Notes under the pieces: model-generated
The model's database searches: none
What the model was told of the DNA's origin: nothing
Seen by the model: only the letters and a program-made list of their open reading frames with translations
DNA from: a candidate division WOR-3 bacterium
GTDB taxonomy: Bacteria > Hydrothermota > 32-111
NCBI GenBank assembly: GCA_037481815.1
Contig: JBBFKX010000001.1
Span: 256,001 to 320,000, forward strand
Direction: 5' to 3'
Length of the DNA: 64,000 bases
Shown: in pieces, positions 1 through 10,369 of the stretch
How positions within the stretch are numbered: the first letter of the stretch is position 1
Layout of the letters: each line of letters starts with the position of its first letter
Position numbers and translations under genes: made by a program

Positions 1-26
1 AAAGGGGCTTTTAAAGCCCCTTTTTC
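1..26 (+). terminator. Intrinsic terminator of an upstream gene (possibly bidirectional)
   Basis: AAAGGGGC-TTTTAAA-GCCCCTTTTTT: GC-rich stem followed by a T-run, with an A-run on the other side. Confidence 0.8.
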
Positions 27-50
27 TTATATTTCAAATCTCATTTATTA

Positions 51-78
51 TTGACTTTTATTGATTATTTGATATATT
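51..78 (+). promoter_or_regulatory. Putative sigma70-type promoter of the lat operon
   Basis: TTGACT-16 bp-TATATT; SD AGGAGG precedes the start at 110. Confidence 0.5.
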
Positions 79-109
79 TAATATTTAATTTCCTTATAAC
101 TCAGGAGGT

Positions 110-1426
110 GTGATGACTAATAAAATATATCCAAAAAATGTTCTTGAAACATTATCAAAATATATGCTTGTCGATGGTTTTGATCTTGTTTTTGATGCAG
201 AAGAATCTCATGGTTCCTATCTTTACGATTCAAAATACAATAAGGAATATCTTGATTTTTTCACATTTTTTGCTTCTTCTCCAATAGGTTTCAACCATCC
301 AAAAATGAACAATGAAGAGTTTATTAAAAAGATCGGTAAGGTTTCAATACACAAACCATCCAATTCGGATATTTACACTGTTGAAATGGCTGAATTCGTT
401 GATACTTTTGGAACCATAGCAAAACCAGATTTTATGAAATACCTGTTCTTTGTTTCAGGTGGTGCACTTGCAGTTGAAAACGCATTAAAAACTGCGTTTG
501 ATTGGAAAATTAGAAAAAATCTTAAAAAAGGAAAGGGAGAGAAGGGAACAAAAGTTATTCATTTTAAACACGCTTTCCATGGTAGAAGTGGATACACTTT
601 AAGTATGACAAACACATTTGATCCAAGAAAAACAAAATATTTCCCAAAGTTCAACTGGCCTCGTGTTGAAAGTCCAGCATTAAAATTCCCAATTACAGAT
701 GAAGAGATCAAAAGGGTTGAGAAGGAAGAGGAAAAAATTATAAACGAGATCAAAGATATACTTTTAAAAGATGGTGATGATATAGCAGCACTCATACTTG
801 AACCGATTCAGGCAGAAGGTGGAGACAGACATTTCAGAAAGGAGTTTTTCAAAAAATTAAGAGAGATTACTCTTGAAAGTGAAATAATGTTTATACTCGA
901 TGAAGTGCAGACGGGAATGGGATTAACTGGAAAGTTCTGGTGTTTTGAACATTTTGATATAAAACCAGATATTGTTGCTTTTGGGAAGAAATCGCAGATT
1001 TGCGGTATAATGTGCTCTGATAGAGTCGATGAAGTTGAAAACCATGTTTTTGCAGAATCTTCAAGGATAAATTCAACCTGGGGTGGTAGTTTGACCGATA
1101 TGGTTAGAGCAACAAGAATTTTACAGATAATCGATGAGGAAAAACTTGTTGAAAATGCAAAAATTATAGGTGAATTCTTACTCGATGAGTTGAAAAAGAT
1201 TGAGAGTAAAAAAATTAGTAACATAAGGGGAAGAGGATTGATGATAGCGTTTGATCTTGAGAGTACTGAAAAAAGGGACAGGATGTTTGATAAACTTTTT
1301 GAGAATGGTTTATTCTCTATCAAGTGTGGTGAAAAGAGTATAAGATTCAGACCACCTTTAAACCTTACAAAAGATGATGCATTAAAAGGTGTTTCAATAG
1401 TTGAAAAATCTTTAAAGGAGATATGA
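110..1426 (+). CDS. lat: L-lysine 6-aminotransferase (class III PLP aminotransferase)
   Basis: Motifs YLDFFTFFAS, KPSNSD, GALAVENALKTAFDWK, AFHGRSGYTLS, EPIQAEGGD, DEVQTG, FGKK, SRINSTWGG. Confidence 0.85.
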   Translation: MMTNKIYPKNVLETLSKYMLVDGFDLVFDAEESHGSYLYDSKYNKEYLDFFTFFASSPIGFNHPKMNNEEFIKKIGKVSIHKPSNSDIYTVEMAEFVDTFGTIAKPDFMKYLFFVSGGALAVENALKTAFDWKIRKNLKKGKGEKGTKVIHFKHAFHGRSGYTLSMTNTFDPRKTKYFPKFNWPRVESPALKFPITDEEIKRVEKEEEKIINEIKDILLKDGDDIAALILEPIQAEGGDRHFRKEFFKKLREITLESEIMFILDEVQTGMGLTGKFWCFEHFDIKPDIVAFGKKSQICGIMCSDRVDEVENHVFAESSRINSTWGGSLTDMVRATRILQIIDEEKLVENAKIIGEFLLDELKKIESKKISNIRGRGLMIAFDLESTEKRDRMFDKLFENGLFSIKCGEKSIRFRPPLNLTKDDALKGVSIVEKSLKEI

Positions 1427-1430
1427 TAAA

Positions 1431-2531
1431 ATGGGAACAATGAAGGCAGTAAGAAAACTCAAAAGAGAGAAAGGTGCAGATCTTGTCGAAATTGAAATTC
1501 CAAAAATAAAGCCAGATGAAGTTCTAATAAAAGTTGTGGCAACAAGTATATGTGGAACAGATGTTCATATATATAAATGGGATAAATGGTCTGAGACAAG
1601 AATAAAAAATATTCCCCAAACACTTGGACATGAGGTTTGTGGTGAAGTTATCGAAGTTGGATCATCTGTTAAAAAAATAAGAGTTGGAGATTTTATTTCT
1701 GCTGAAACACATATAACATGTAAAAGATGTATAAATTGCTTAACAGGTAACGAACACATATGCACAAATGGAGATATACTGGGTGTTGACAGAGATGGAG
1801 TTTTCGCTGAATATGCTGTAATTCCAGAGTCAGTTGCATGGGTTAATGACAAAAATATTCCACCTGAGATAGCATCAGTTCAGGAACCTCTTGGAAACGC
1901 TACTTATGCGGTTCTGGGAGAAGATTATAACCTGTATGGTAAAAGGGTTGCAATTTTTGGTGATGGGCCAACAGCATTGTTTGCAATAGGTGTTGCAAAA
2001 CTTGCAGGAGCATCAAAAATTTTCCATATCGGAGTTTTTGATTTCAACATGGAAATCGGTAAAAGGATGGGAGCAGATTTTTCTTTGAAAGCAACCGATA
2101 ATCTTGATAGAGTTCAATTTATAAAAGATAACACTGATGGTTATGGAGCAGATATAGTTGTTGAGATGGCAGGAGCCAAACAGGCAGTCGAAGAAGGGTT
2201 GAACTCTTTGAGAAAAGGTGGTAGATTTTCTGCTTTTGGAATAACACCCGAACAAAAACTTGAAATAGATTACAACAATCAGATAGTTTTTAAAGGGATA
2301 CAGATACATGGTATCTCTGGGCGAAGAATGTTCGATACCTGGTTAAGAGTAAAAAATATGCTTTCATCGAAAAAACTTGATATAAGACCTGTGATAACCA
2401 ATCTTTTTTCTCTGGAGGATTTTGAAAAAGGTTTTGAAGAGATGATGAAAATTCCAAGAGTTTCAGCAAAGATAGTTCTCTTTCCTGATAAGAAGATTTT
2501 AAACGAAAGGTTGAAAGAGTTTAAAGAATAA
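1431..2531 (+). CDS. tdh: L-threonine 3-dehydrogenase (Zn-dependent)
   Basis: ICGTDVHIY, GHE, structural Zn cysteines (CKRCINC..C), EPLGNA, GRRMFDTW; adjacent to kbl. Confidence 0.88.
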   Translation: MGTMKAVRKLKREKGADLVEIEIPKIKPDEVLIKVVATSICGTDVHIYKWDKWSETRIKNIPQTLGHEVCGEVIEVGSSVKKIRVGDFISAETHITCKRCINCLTGNEHICTNGDILGVDRDGVFAEYAVIPESVAWVNDKNIPPEIASVQEPLGNATYAVLGEDYNLYGKRVAIFGDGPTALFAIGVAKLAGASKIFHIGVFDFNMEIGKRMGADFSLKATDNLDRVQFIKDNTDGYGADIVVEMAGAKQAVEEGLNSLRKGGRFSAFGITPEQKLEIDYNNQIVFKGIQIHGISGRRMFDTWLRVKNMLSSKKLDIRPVITNLFSLEDFEKGFEEMMKIPRVSAKIVLFPDKKILNERLKEFKE

Positions 2532-2543
2532 TAAGGAGAAACT

Positions 2544-3743
2544 ATGTACGGAAGAATGAAAGAAGATTTAAAAAAAGAGATTGAAAAAATCAAAAATGAT
2601 AATCTGTACAAAGAGGAAAGAATTATAACCTCAAAACAGGGTGTTGAAATAACACTTAACGATGGAAGAAAAGTTTTGAATTTCTGTGCAAACAACTATC
2701 TTGGACTTGCTGGAAGTGAAAAACTTATAGAGATAGCAAAAAAAGGAATAGAAAAATATGGATACGGTTTAAGTTCTGTGAGATTCATCTGTGGAACATT
2801 TGATATCCATAAAAAACTTGAAAATAAGATTTCAGAATTTTTACAGAAAGATGATACGATACTTTATGCTGCCTGTTTTGATGCAAACGGTGGTGTTTTT
2901 GAACCACTTTTGAACGAACAGGATGCAATTATTTCGGATAAGTTGAACCATGCATCGATAATAGATGGTGTAAGATTGTGTAAAGCCCAAAGATTTGTTT
3001 ACGATCATTCAAATATGGAACAACTTGAGGAGATTTTAAAAAATACACAGAATTTAAGATATCGAATGATAGCGACAGATGGTGTATTTTCAATGGATGG
3101 AGATATTGCAAAACTTGATAAAATAGTTGAACTCGCTGAAAAATATGATGCACTTGTGATGGTTGATGATTCACATGCAACAGGATTTATTGGAAAAACT
3201 GGAAGGGGAACTGTAGAACTCATGAATGTGATCGATAAAGTTGATATAATCACTTCAACACTCGGAAAAGCGTTGGGTGGTGCAATGGGCGGATTCATAT
3301 CTGGAAGAAAAGAGATAATCGAAATTTTAAGACAGAGGTCAAGGCCATATCTTTTTTCAAACTCTCTTTCTCCAGTTATTGTTTATACAGCATACGAAAT
3401 ATTTAATATGCTTTCAGAAACAACTGAACTGAGAGATAAACTTGAAGAGAACACAAAATATTTCAGAGAAAAAATGACACAAACAGGTTTTGATATCAAA
3501 CCTGGAATACATCCAATAGTTCCAATAATGTTTTCAAAATTTGAAAATGATGCTCAACTATCACAAATTTTTGCTAAAGATCTTTTGGATGAAGGCATCT
3601 ATGTGATTGGATTCTATTATCCTGTTGTTCCAAAGGGAAGTTCAAGAATAAGAGTTCAAATATCTGCCGCTCATACAAAAGATCATCTTGATAAAGCGAT
3701 AGATGCTTTTGTAAAAGTAGGTAAAAAACATAAAGTAATATAA
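2544..3743 (+). CDS. kbl: Glycine C-acetyltransferase (2-amino-3-ketobutyrate CoA ligase)
   Basis: NFCANNYLGL, SSVRFICGT, ACFDANGG, DDSHATG, TLGKALGG, RQRSRPYLFSN, RIRVQISAAH. Confidence 0.93.
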   Translation: MYGRMKEDLKKEIEKIKNDNLYKEERIITSKQGVEITLNDGRKVLNFCANNYLGLAGSEKLIEIAKKGIEKYGYGLSSVRFICGTFDIHKKLENKISEFLQKDDTILYAACFDANGGVFEPLLNEQDAIISDKLNHASIIDGVRLCKAQRFVYDHSNMEQLEEILKNTQNLRYRMIATDGVFSMDGDIAKLDKIVELAEKYDALVMVDDSHATGFIGKTGRGTVELMNVIDKVDIITSTLGKALGGAMGGFISGRKEIIEILRQRSRPYLFSNSLSPVIVYTAYEIFNMLSETTELRDKLEENTKYFREKMTQTGFDIKPGIHPIVPIMFSKFENDAQLSQIFAKDLLDEGIYVIGFYYPVVPKGSSRIRVQISAAHTKDHLDKAIDAFVKVGKKHKVI

Positions 3744-3747
3744 TTTT

Positions 3748-5454
3748 ATGAAACTGACAAATTTTCTTTTCAACAGTTTAAAAGAGATTCCAAAAGATGC
3801 TGAGATAGCAAGCCATAAGTTGATGCTTAGAGGTTGTTTTATAAGACAGAACGCTGCAGGTATATATTCATATTTGCCATTAGGGCTCATGGTGATTGAA
3901 AACATCAGAAAGATAATCAAGGAAGAAATGGATAGAATAGGAGGGCAGGAACTTTTACTACCTGTTTTAACTCCAAAAGAGATATGGGAAGAGAGTGGAA
4001 GATGGACAGATTTTGGAGATGAGATGTTCAGGGTCAAAGATCGTAAAGGAAGAGATTTTGCGATGTGTCCAACACATGAAGAGATCATTACAGATCTTGC
4101 AAGACGTGAAATTAAATCTTACAGAGATCTTCCACAAATCTGGTATCAGATTCAAACAAAATTCAGAGATGAACCTCGCCCGAGGAGCGGACTTTTAAGA
4201 GTCAGACAGTTTGAGATGAAGGATTCATACTCACTCGATAAAGATTATGAAGGACTGAATGTTTCCTATGAAAAACATAGGGAAGCGTATACAAGAATTT
4301 TTAAAAGATGTGGACTTGATTTTGTGGTAGTAGAAGCAGCGAGTGGATTGATGGGTGGAAAAAAATCTCAGGAGTTTATGGCTTTTTCTGATGCCGGAGA
4401 AAGCAATGTTGTGATATGTGAAAATTGCAAAACAGCATCAAACACAGAGGTAGCAAGACCTTTGATTGAAAACCCAGTTGATGTTGATGGAGAATTAAAA
4501 GAGGTTTTTACTCCAGTTGAAGGTAGTATTGAAAGTATTAGTGAATTTTTGAAGATCGATAAAAACAGATTATTCAAATCGATACTTTTGATAGCGAACA
4601 GTCAACCAGTTTTTGTTATTCTGCCTGGTGACAGGGATATAGATGAAGATAAACTTGTGTTAATATTTGGTGAACTATTCAGATATGCAACCGATGAGGA
4701 GATAGAAAAATATTGTAACGCTCCAAAAGGTTATGTTTCTCCTGTAAATCTTGAAATTCCAGTTTATGCGGATATCTCATTAAAAGGAAGAAAAGGTCTT
4801 GTTTCAGGTGCAAACAAAAAAGATTATCATTTCATTAACATAAGTATCGAAAGAGACATAAAAAACATAAAATTTGTTGATATTATAAAACTCAAAGAAA
4901 ATGATAGATGTGAAAAATGTGGTGGGAAATTGGAGATTAAAAAAACGATTGAAATAGGTCACATTTTCCAACTGGGAACAAAATATTCTGAATCGATGAA
5001 AGCTGAATATTTAACACAGAACGGTGAAAGGAAACCTATTGTTATGGGTTCGTATGGAATAGGACTTGGAAGAATAGCATCAACAATAATTGAACAGAAT
5101 AATGATGAGAACGGTATAATCTGGCCGATTTCCGTTGCACCATTTAAAGTTATCATAATTCCCTTAAATGTTAAAGAAAAAGTTATTATGGATGAAGCAC
5201 AGAATCTTTACAACAGATTTTCTATCTATGACGCTTTACTTGACGATAGAGATCTTTCTCCTGGAAACAAATTCAAGGATGCTGATCTTATAGGTATTCC
5301 TTTCAAAATCATATATGGAAACAAGTTTTTGAATGAGGGTAAAGTTGAAATTGCACGAAGAAGGGATAACAAGAGAATTATGGTTGATAAAGAACAGGTT
5401 TTTGATAAAATAAATCAACTGATAAAAGAGGAGATGGAAAAATACAATGTATGA
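3748..5454 (+). CDS. proS: Proline--tRNA ligase (bacterial type with insertion editing domain)
   Basis: PTHEE, YQIQTKFRDEPRPR, FEMKDSYS, IEIGHIFQLGTKYS, MGSYGIG. Confidence 0.96.
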   Translation: MKLTNFLFNSLKEIPKDAEIASHKLMLRGCFIRQNAAGIYSYLPLGLMVIENIRKIIKEEMDRIGGQELLLPVLTPKEIWEESGRWTDFGDEMFRVKDRKGRDFAMCPTHEEIITDLARREIKSYRDLPQIWYQIQTKFRDEPRPRSGLLRVRQFEMKDSYSLDKDYEGLNVSYEKHREAYTRIFKRCGLDFVVVEAASGLMGGKKSQEFMAFSDAGESNVVICENCKTASNTEVARPLIENPVDVDGELKEVFTPVEGSIESISEFLKIDKNRLFKSILLIANSQPVFVILPGDRDIDEDKLVLIFGELFRYATDEEIEKYCNAPKGYVSPVNLEIPVYADISLKGRKGLVSGANKKDYHFINISIERDIKNIKFVDIIKLKENDRCEKCGGKLEIKKTIEIGHIFQLGTKYSESMKAEYLTQNGERKPIVMGSYGIGLGRIASTIIEQNNDENGIIWPISVAPFKVIIIPLNVKEKVIMDEAQNLYNRFSIYDALLDDRDLSPGNKFKDADLIGIPFKIIYGNKFLNEGKVEIARRRDNKRIMVDKEQVFDKINQLIKEEMEKYNV

Positions 5455-5725
5455 AGAAAGAGAAGAAAAGGTGAAAACACTTGTAGAAAAACTGTTGAGT
5501 AGAGAGGATTATCTTGAACAAAAGATTAAACTTGTAAAAATTTTTGTTTCAAAATCGATAAATCCTCATATAAGAATTTTTCTCGATAAAGAAGGTGGAA
5601 TTACAGTGAAAGATCTTGAAAAATTCCATAAAGAGTTTGAAGTGTTGCTTGATGTTGAAAAAATATTTGAAAAAAATTATGTTTTAGAGGTCTCTTCACC
5701 AGGAGAAGAAAAAGATAGGAGGTAA
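5447..5725 (+). CDS. rimP: Ribosome maturation factor RimP, short form (N-terminal domain only)
   Basis: IRIFLDKEGGIT...YVLEVSSPG; position directly before nusA; only 92 aa. Confidence 0.75.
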   Translation: MYEEREEKVKTLVEKLLSREDYLEQKIKLVKIFVSKSINPHIRIFLDKEGGITVKDLEKFHKEFEVLLDVEKIFEKNYVLEVSSPGEEKDRR

Positions 5726-5726
5726 A

Positions 5727-7031
5727 GTGAACAAAGAAAGAGAAAGGGAAATTATTGAAGCGATAAAGGAGATCAGTGCTGTAAAAAATATTGATAAAAG
5801 TAAACTTTTGAAAATTGTTGAAGAATCGCTTAAATTTGCTGTTCAAAAACATTACGGGGAGGATGGTGATTATAAAGTAACGATCAATGAAGCAACTGGA
5901 GAAATAAAGATTGAAAGGGGGCTTCTGATTGTTGAAAATGTTGAAGAGCCAAATCTTGAAATAAGTTTGGAAGATGCGATGGAAAGCACCACTGATGAGA
6001 AATCAAAGAAAAATATAAAACTCGGTAATAAGTTCTGGGAAGAACTTTCAGTTGAGGATGTTGGCAGGAGTGCTATCAACAGAATGAAACAACTTATAAA
6101 CACGAAGGTACTTGCTGAAGAAAGAGAGTCATTGTTCAACGAGTTCTCAGCGAAAGTTGGAATGCTTGTCAATGGACATATAAAAAAGATCGATAAAGTA
6201 AAAGGTTTTGTTTATATAAACCTTGCGAGATTGGATGCAAAAATGGCTTTTGATGAGGCGATTCCGGATGAGATAAAAAATTTCAGACAGGGCAAACTTC
6301 TAAAAGCTGTTATCATTGAAGTAAAAAAGAATAACAACAAGGATCCGGAAATATTCTTGTCAAGAAAATCTGACGAATTTCTGAAAAAACTTTTAGAATT
6401 TGAAGTTCCTGAAATAGAAGAGGGTTCTGTTGTAATAAAAGGTATCGCAAGAGAACCTGGCAAAAGATCGAAGATTGCGGTAATGTCTCTTGACGATAAA
6501 ATCGACCCAGTTGGTGCATGTGTTGGAGTTAAAGGTTCAAGAATCCATACAATAATCAGAGAGTTGAACAACGAACACATTGATATAATTCAGTGGTCAT
6601 CTGATCCTACACTATATACTCAAAGGGCAATATCACCGGGAACTATTATTCGAGCATTTAAGAATGAAGAGATGAAAACGATGAAACTTGTCGTAAAAGA
6701 TGATACGAAAGACAAAGCTATAGGAAAAGATGGAGTAAATCTCAAACTCGCATCGAGGTTGACTGGCTGGAATTTACAGGTTATATCTGAAAGTGAATTC
6801 AAAGAGGAACTTGGAAAAAGCTCAGATATAAATCCAATCTATGAATTGAAGGATATCACAGAAAATCAGAAAGAAAATCTTGTAAAAGCAGGTTATAAAA
6901 ATGTTGAAGAGATAGTTCAAAAAGGAATCGAAGAACTTGAAAATATACAGGGTTTTGGAAAGAAAACAGCAGAAAAAATTATGAAAAGTGCTCAGGAGTA
7001 TTTAAAAGAAAGGGAGTCAAATAATGCCTAA
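5727..7031 (+). CDS. nusA: Transcription termination/antitermination factor NusA
   Basis: EVPEI, AREPGKRSKIAV, DPVGACVGVKGSRI, AIGKDGVNLKLASRLTGW; C-terminal HhH; GTG start with AGGAGG SD. Confidence 0.95.
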   Translation: MNKEREREIIEAIKEISAVKNIDKSKLLKIVEESLKFAVQKHYGEDGDYKVTINEATGEIKIERGLLIVENVEEPNLEISLEDAMESTTDEKSKKNIKLGNKFWEELSVEDVGRSAINRMKQLINTKVLAEERESLFNEFSAKVGMLVNGHIKKIDKVKGFVYINLARLDAKMAFDEAIPDEIKNFRQGKLLKAVIIEVKKNNNKDPEIFLSRKSDEFLKKLLEFEVPEIEEGSVVIKGIAREPGKRSKIAVMSLDDKIDPVGACVGVKGSRIHTIIRELNNEHIDIIQWSSDPTLYTQRAISPGTIIRAFKNEEMKTMKLVVKDDTKDKAIGKDGVNLKLASRLTGWNLQVISESEFKEELGKSSDINPIYELKDITENQKENLVKAGYKNVEEIVQKGIEELENIQGFGKKTAEKIMKSAQEYLKERESNNA

Positions 7032-9741
7032 GAAAAAAGAGAAAGAGATTTTACTTAAAGAACTTGCTGATCAGATAAAAGTTAGTAGCAAAGATATCAT
7101 TGCATACCTTAAAAAGAAATATAAAAAAAGTTATGAAGAACAAACAATCCTTGAAGTTGAAATTGCGAAGGAAATAGCAGAATATTTCAAAGAACAAAAA
7201 AAGAGCAAAGCGAAAAAAAAGAAAAGCGATGAAAAGGAAAAGAGCGAAAAAGAAAAAACAACAAAAACAAAAAGAACTTCTAAAAAATCTACAAAAGAAA
7301 AAATTGTAATAGAGATTAAAGAGGAAGAGGAAGAAGAAGAGGAAGAAGAAAAAATTCCTCAAAAACCAAAAAGAAAGTTCTCACGTATTGAAAGTGTTTC
7401 TGAAGAAGAAGAACCAAAAACCGAAAAACAGGAAGAACAAAAGGTTGAAGAAAAAAAAGAAGAAAGAATACAAGAGATAGAAAAACCCGAAATACAAAAA
7501 ATTGAAAAAAGCAATGAAAATGAAAAAAGTACTGTTTTAAAAGAACCTGAAAAAACAGAAGAAATAATTGTTAAAGAAGAGGTAATTTCTGAAAATAAGA
7601 AGGGAACTTTTGAAGAGGTTGAAGTGGAAAAAAGAGAAACTATTGAAAAACAGAAACCAGTTGAACAACATCCCACAGAAAAGAAACAGTTCCCTCCTGA
7701 AAAAAAATTTGAAAGATATGAAAGAAAAGATAAAAGAGATAATTTTTATAAAGGTAAACCTTATCAAACCCCAAAATTTGAAGAGGTAAAACCAATTTTC
7801 GAACCTGACAAAAAATTCATAACATCCGAAGAGATAACAAAAGGTAAAAAGGGGAAAAAGAAAAAGGTAATCGATGAAAAAGTTATTGAAAAATCAATAC
7901 AAAAAACCATAAAGGCAATTAGAGCCGGGGAATTATCACATAAGAAAAAATATAAAGAAAAACCAAAAGAGGTTAAAGATGAAGGGGAGACAAAAAAGAT
8001 AGCGATTTCCGACTTTATCGTTCTTTCAGATTTAGCAGAGAGAATCAATATCGATCCTGTTGAGTTGATAGAAAAAGGAATAGAACTTGGTTTGATGGTT
8101 ACGATAAACCAAAGGATAGATTTTGAAACCGCTTCATTACTTTTGATGGAGTTTGGATACGATGTTGAAAGGATAGCACCAGAGATTGAAGAGACAGCAA
8201 AAAAAGAGGAAGAGGAAGAAAAAGAAAAATATGAACTTTTAAAAAGACCTCCAGTTATAACAATAATGGGACATGTTGACCATGGGAAAACAACATTGAT
8301 AGATTATTTAAGAAAATCAAGGATAGCGGATTCTGAATATGGAAAAATTACACAGGATCTTGGTGCATATACCGTAAATACAAAGCATGGTTTAATAACG
8401 ATTCTTGATACACCAGGGCATGAAGCATTCACAGCTATGAGAGCAAGGGGAGCACAGATAACCGATATTGCAGTGATAGTTATTGCTGCAAATGATGGAG
8501 TTCAGCCACAGACAATCGAGGCGATAAACCATTGTAAATTAGCAAATGTTCCAATCATAGTTGCGATAAACAAAATAGATCTTCCTGAAAGCGATATCAA
8601 CAGAGTCAAAAGAGAACTTTTAAACATAAATGTTGTCCCGGATGAATTCGGTGGTAATGTTCCTGTTGTTCCAATCTCTGCAAAAACAGGGAAAAATGTC
8701 GAAGAATTACTTGAAACGATTGCTATACAGGCCGAATTATTAGATCTTAAAGCACCTTATGAAGGAACGGTTAAAGGAACTGTAATCGAGATAAAGCAGG
8801 ATAAAGGTCTTGGGGCTATTTTTAATTGTATCATTCAAAAAGGGACACTGAAAAAGGATGATTTTTTTGTTGTTGGAAAGGTTTATGGAAAAGTGAGAAA
8901 AATGTTGAACGAGTTTAAACAGGAGGTACAAAAAGCAACTCCTGGAGTTCCAATAATGATTGTAGGAGCAAATGAGTTACCAGAGGTCGGAGATATTTTA
9001 ACAACGGTGGAAAATGAAAAGATAGCGAAAGAGATCGCTCGAGAAAGATATTTTGCATACAGAGAGCAACTTTTGAAGAAGAGAGAAATAACATCACTTG
9101 ATGGGTTTGAAAAACAACTTGAGATAATGAAAAAGAAAGAGCTAAATATTATCATAAAAGGAAAGGCATATGGTTCAATAGAGGCACTTGCCGATTCGTT
9201 GCAGATGTTATCAAATGAAGACGCGATTGTTAATGTAGTGTTGAAAGATGTCGGAATTGTAACAGAAAATGATGTCAATGCTGCAATAGCATCCAAAGGT
9301 ATGATAATAGCATTTGATACATCCATAGATCCAAATGCCAGGACAAAAGCAAAAACTGAAGGCATCATTATAAAGCAATACAATGTTATATATGATGTTA
9401 TAGATGATGTAAAAAATGCATTAAAATCTTTCAAAGAAGTTGTTTACGAAAACAAGATAATTGGAACTGCAGAGGTGAGAGAACTGTTTAAAATTTCGAA
9501 ACTCGGAACGATAGCGGGGCTCTATGTACTTGATGGAAAAATTGTTCGAAATTCGATGATAAACATTTTAAGAAATGGGGATGATATTGGAACATACCCT
9601 ATAAAAACTTTGAAGAGATTTAAAGATCATGTTAAAGAGGTTGAAGCAGGTTATGAATGTGCTGTTTTACTCGATGGCTTTGATGATATAGAAAAAGGTG
9701 ATATTTTTAAATGTGTCATTAAAGTTGAAAAGAAAGATTGA
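7024..9741 (+). CDS. infB: Translation initiation factor IF-2
   Basis: RPPVITIMGHVDHGKTTL, DTPGHEAFTAMRARGA, NKID, LKRFKD..KEV..GYEC; long Lys/Glu-rich N-terminus. Confidence 0.97.
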   Translation: MPKKKEKEILLKELADQIKVSSKDIIAYLKKKYKKSYEEQTILEVEIAKEIAEYFKEQKKSKAKKKKSDEKEKSEKEKTTKTKRTSKKSTKEKIVIEIKEEEEEEEEEEKIPQKPKRKFSRIESVSEEEEPKTEKQEEQKVEEKKEERIQEIEKPEIQKIEKSNENEKSTVLKEPEKTEEIIVKEEVISENKKGTFEEVEVEKRETIEKQKPVEQHPTEKKQFPPEKKFERYERKDKRDNFYKGKPYQTPKFEEVKPIFEPDKKFITSEEITKGKKGKKKKVIDEKVIEKSIQKTIKAIRAGELSHKKKYKEKPKEVKDEGETKKIAISDFIVLSDLAERINIDPVELIEKGIELGLMVTINQRIDFETASLLLMEFGYDVERIAPEIEETAKKEEEEEKEKYELLKRPPVITIMGHVDHGKTTLIDYLRKSRIADSEYGKITQDLGAYTVNTKHGLITILDTPGHEAFTAMRARGAQITDIAVIVIAANDGVQPQTIEAINHCKLANVPIIVAINKIDLPESDINRVKRELLNINVVPDEFGGNVPVVPISAKTGKNVEELLETIAIQAELLDLKAPYEGTVKGTVIEIKQDKGLGAIFNCIIQKGTLKKDDFFVVGKVYGKVRKMLNEFKQEVQKATPGVPIMIVGANELPEVGDILTTVENEKIAKEIARERYFAYREQLLKKREITSLDGFEKQLEIMKKKELNIIIKGKAYGSIEALADSLQMLSNEDAIVNVVLKDVGIVTENDVNAAIASKGMIIAFDTSIDPNARTKAKTEGIIIKQYNVIYDVIDDVKNALKSFKEVVYENKIIGTAEVRELFKISKLGTIAGLYVLDGKIVRNSMINILRNGDDIGTYPIKTLKRFKDHVKEVEAGYECAVLLDGFDDIEKGDIFKCVIKVEKKD

Positions 9742-10022
9742 TGAAAGTCACAACTGTAAAAATAGAACTTTTTATGAAAGAAGCACAAACTTTAAAGGAT
9801 AAAAGAAGAGTTATCAAATCTTTGATTGAAAGAATCAAAAACAGATACAATGTCTCTATTTCAGAAGTCGATGATAACGATTCCTGTAAAAAATCAACAA
9901 TAGGCATTGCAATAGTGTCCAATGATACCAGATTCAACGATAGACAGGTAAAAGAGATTATAAATTTTATCGATTCGAACCCACTTGTTATGATCATAAA
10001 AAGTGAGATGGAAATATGGTAA
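9738..10022 (+). CDS. DUF503 (YlxP-like) protein
   Basis: TLKDKRRVIKSLIERIKNRYNVSISEV motif; usual position between infB and rbfA. Confidence 0.85.
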   Translation: MMKVTTVKIELFMKEAQTLKDKRRVIKSLIERIKNRYNVSISEVDDNDSCKKSTIGIAIVSNDTRFNDRQVKEIINFIDSNPLVMIIKSEMEIW

Positions 10023-10369
10023 GTGAACGAAGACATAAAAGGATAGAATCTGAAATTTTAAAAGTTGCTTCAATTTCACTTGAGTATATAAAGGATCCAA
10101 AATTGAAATTGATAACTTTCACAAGAGTTGAAGTTACAGATGATTTACAATACGCAACAATTTTTTATATTGCACATAAAAAGAAAGATTACATACCCTT
10201 ACATCTTGAAAAGGCAAAAGGTTTCTTCAGAAACCATATCAGTGAAAAAATAAATTTAAGGAAAACTCCCGAAATCAAATTCAAATACGATGATGGGCTT
10301 GAATATCAACTGCGAATTGAAAATCTACTTCAAGAGTTAAAAGATGAAGAAGATAATAGAGAAGATTAA
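10016..10369 (+). CDS. rbfA: Ribosome-binding factor A
   Basis: KDPKL..ITFTRVEVTDDLQYATIF, KAKGFFR, LRKTPEIKFKYD. Confidence 0.92.
   Translation: MVSERRHKRIESEILKVASISLEYIKDPKLKLITFTRVEVTDDLQYATIFYIAHKKKDYIPLHLEKAKGFFRNHISEKINLRKTPEIKFKYDDGLEYQLRIENLLQELKDEEDNRED

Noticed and set aside
7321..7350. GAA/GAG run as a tandem repeat or contingency locus
   Set aside because: It encodes a poly-Glu stretch in the low-complexity IF-2 N-terminus with mixed codons and stays in frame.
559..9434. Many antisense ORFs (e.g. 808-1440, 8883-9434) and similar shadow ORFs across the window
   Set aside because: They lie opposite well-supported genes, have the Ser/Phe/Ile-rich composition expected of reverse-complemented coding DNA, and lack motifs or SD sites.
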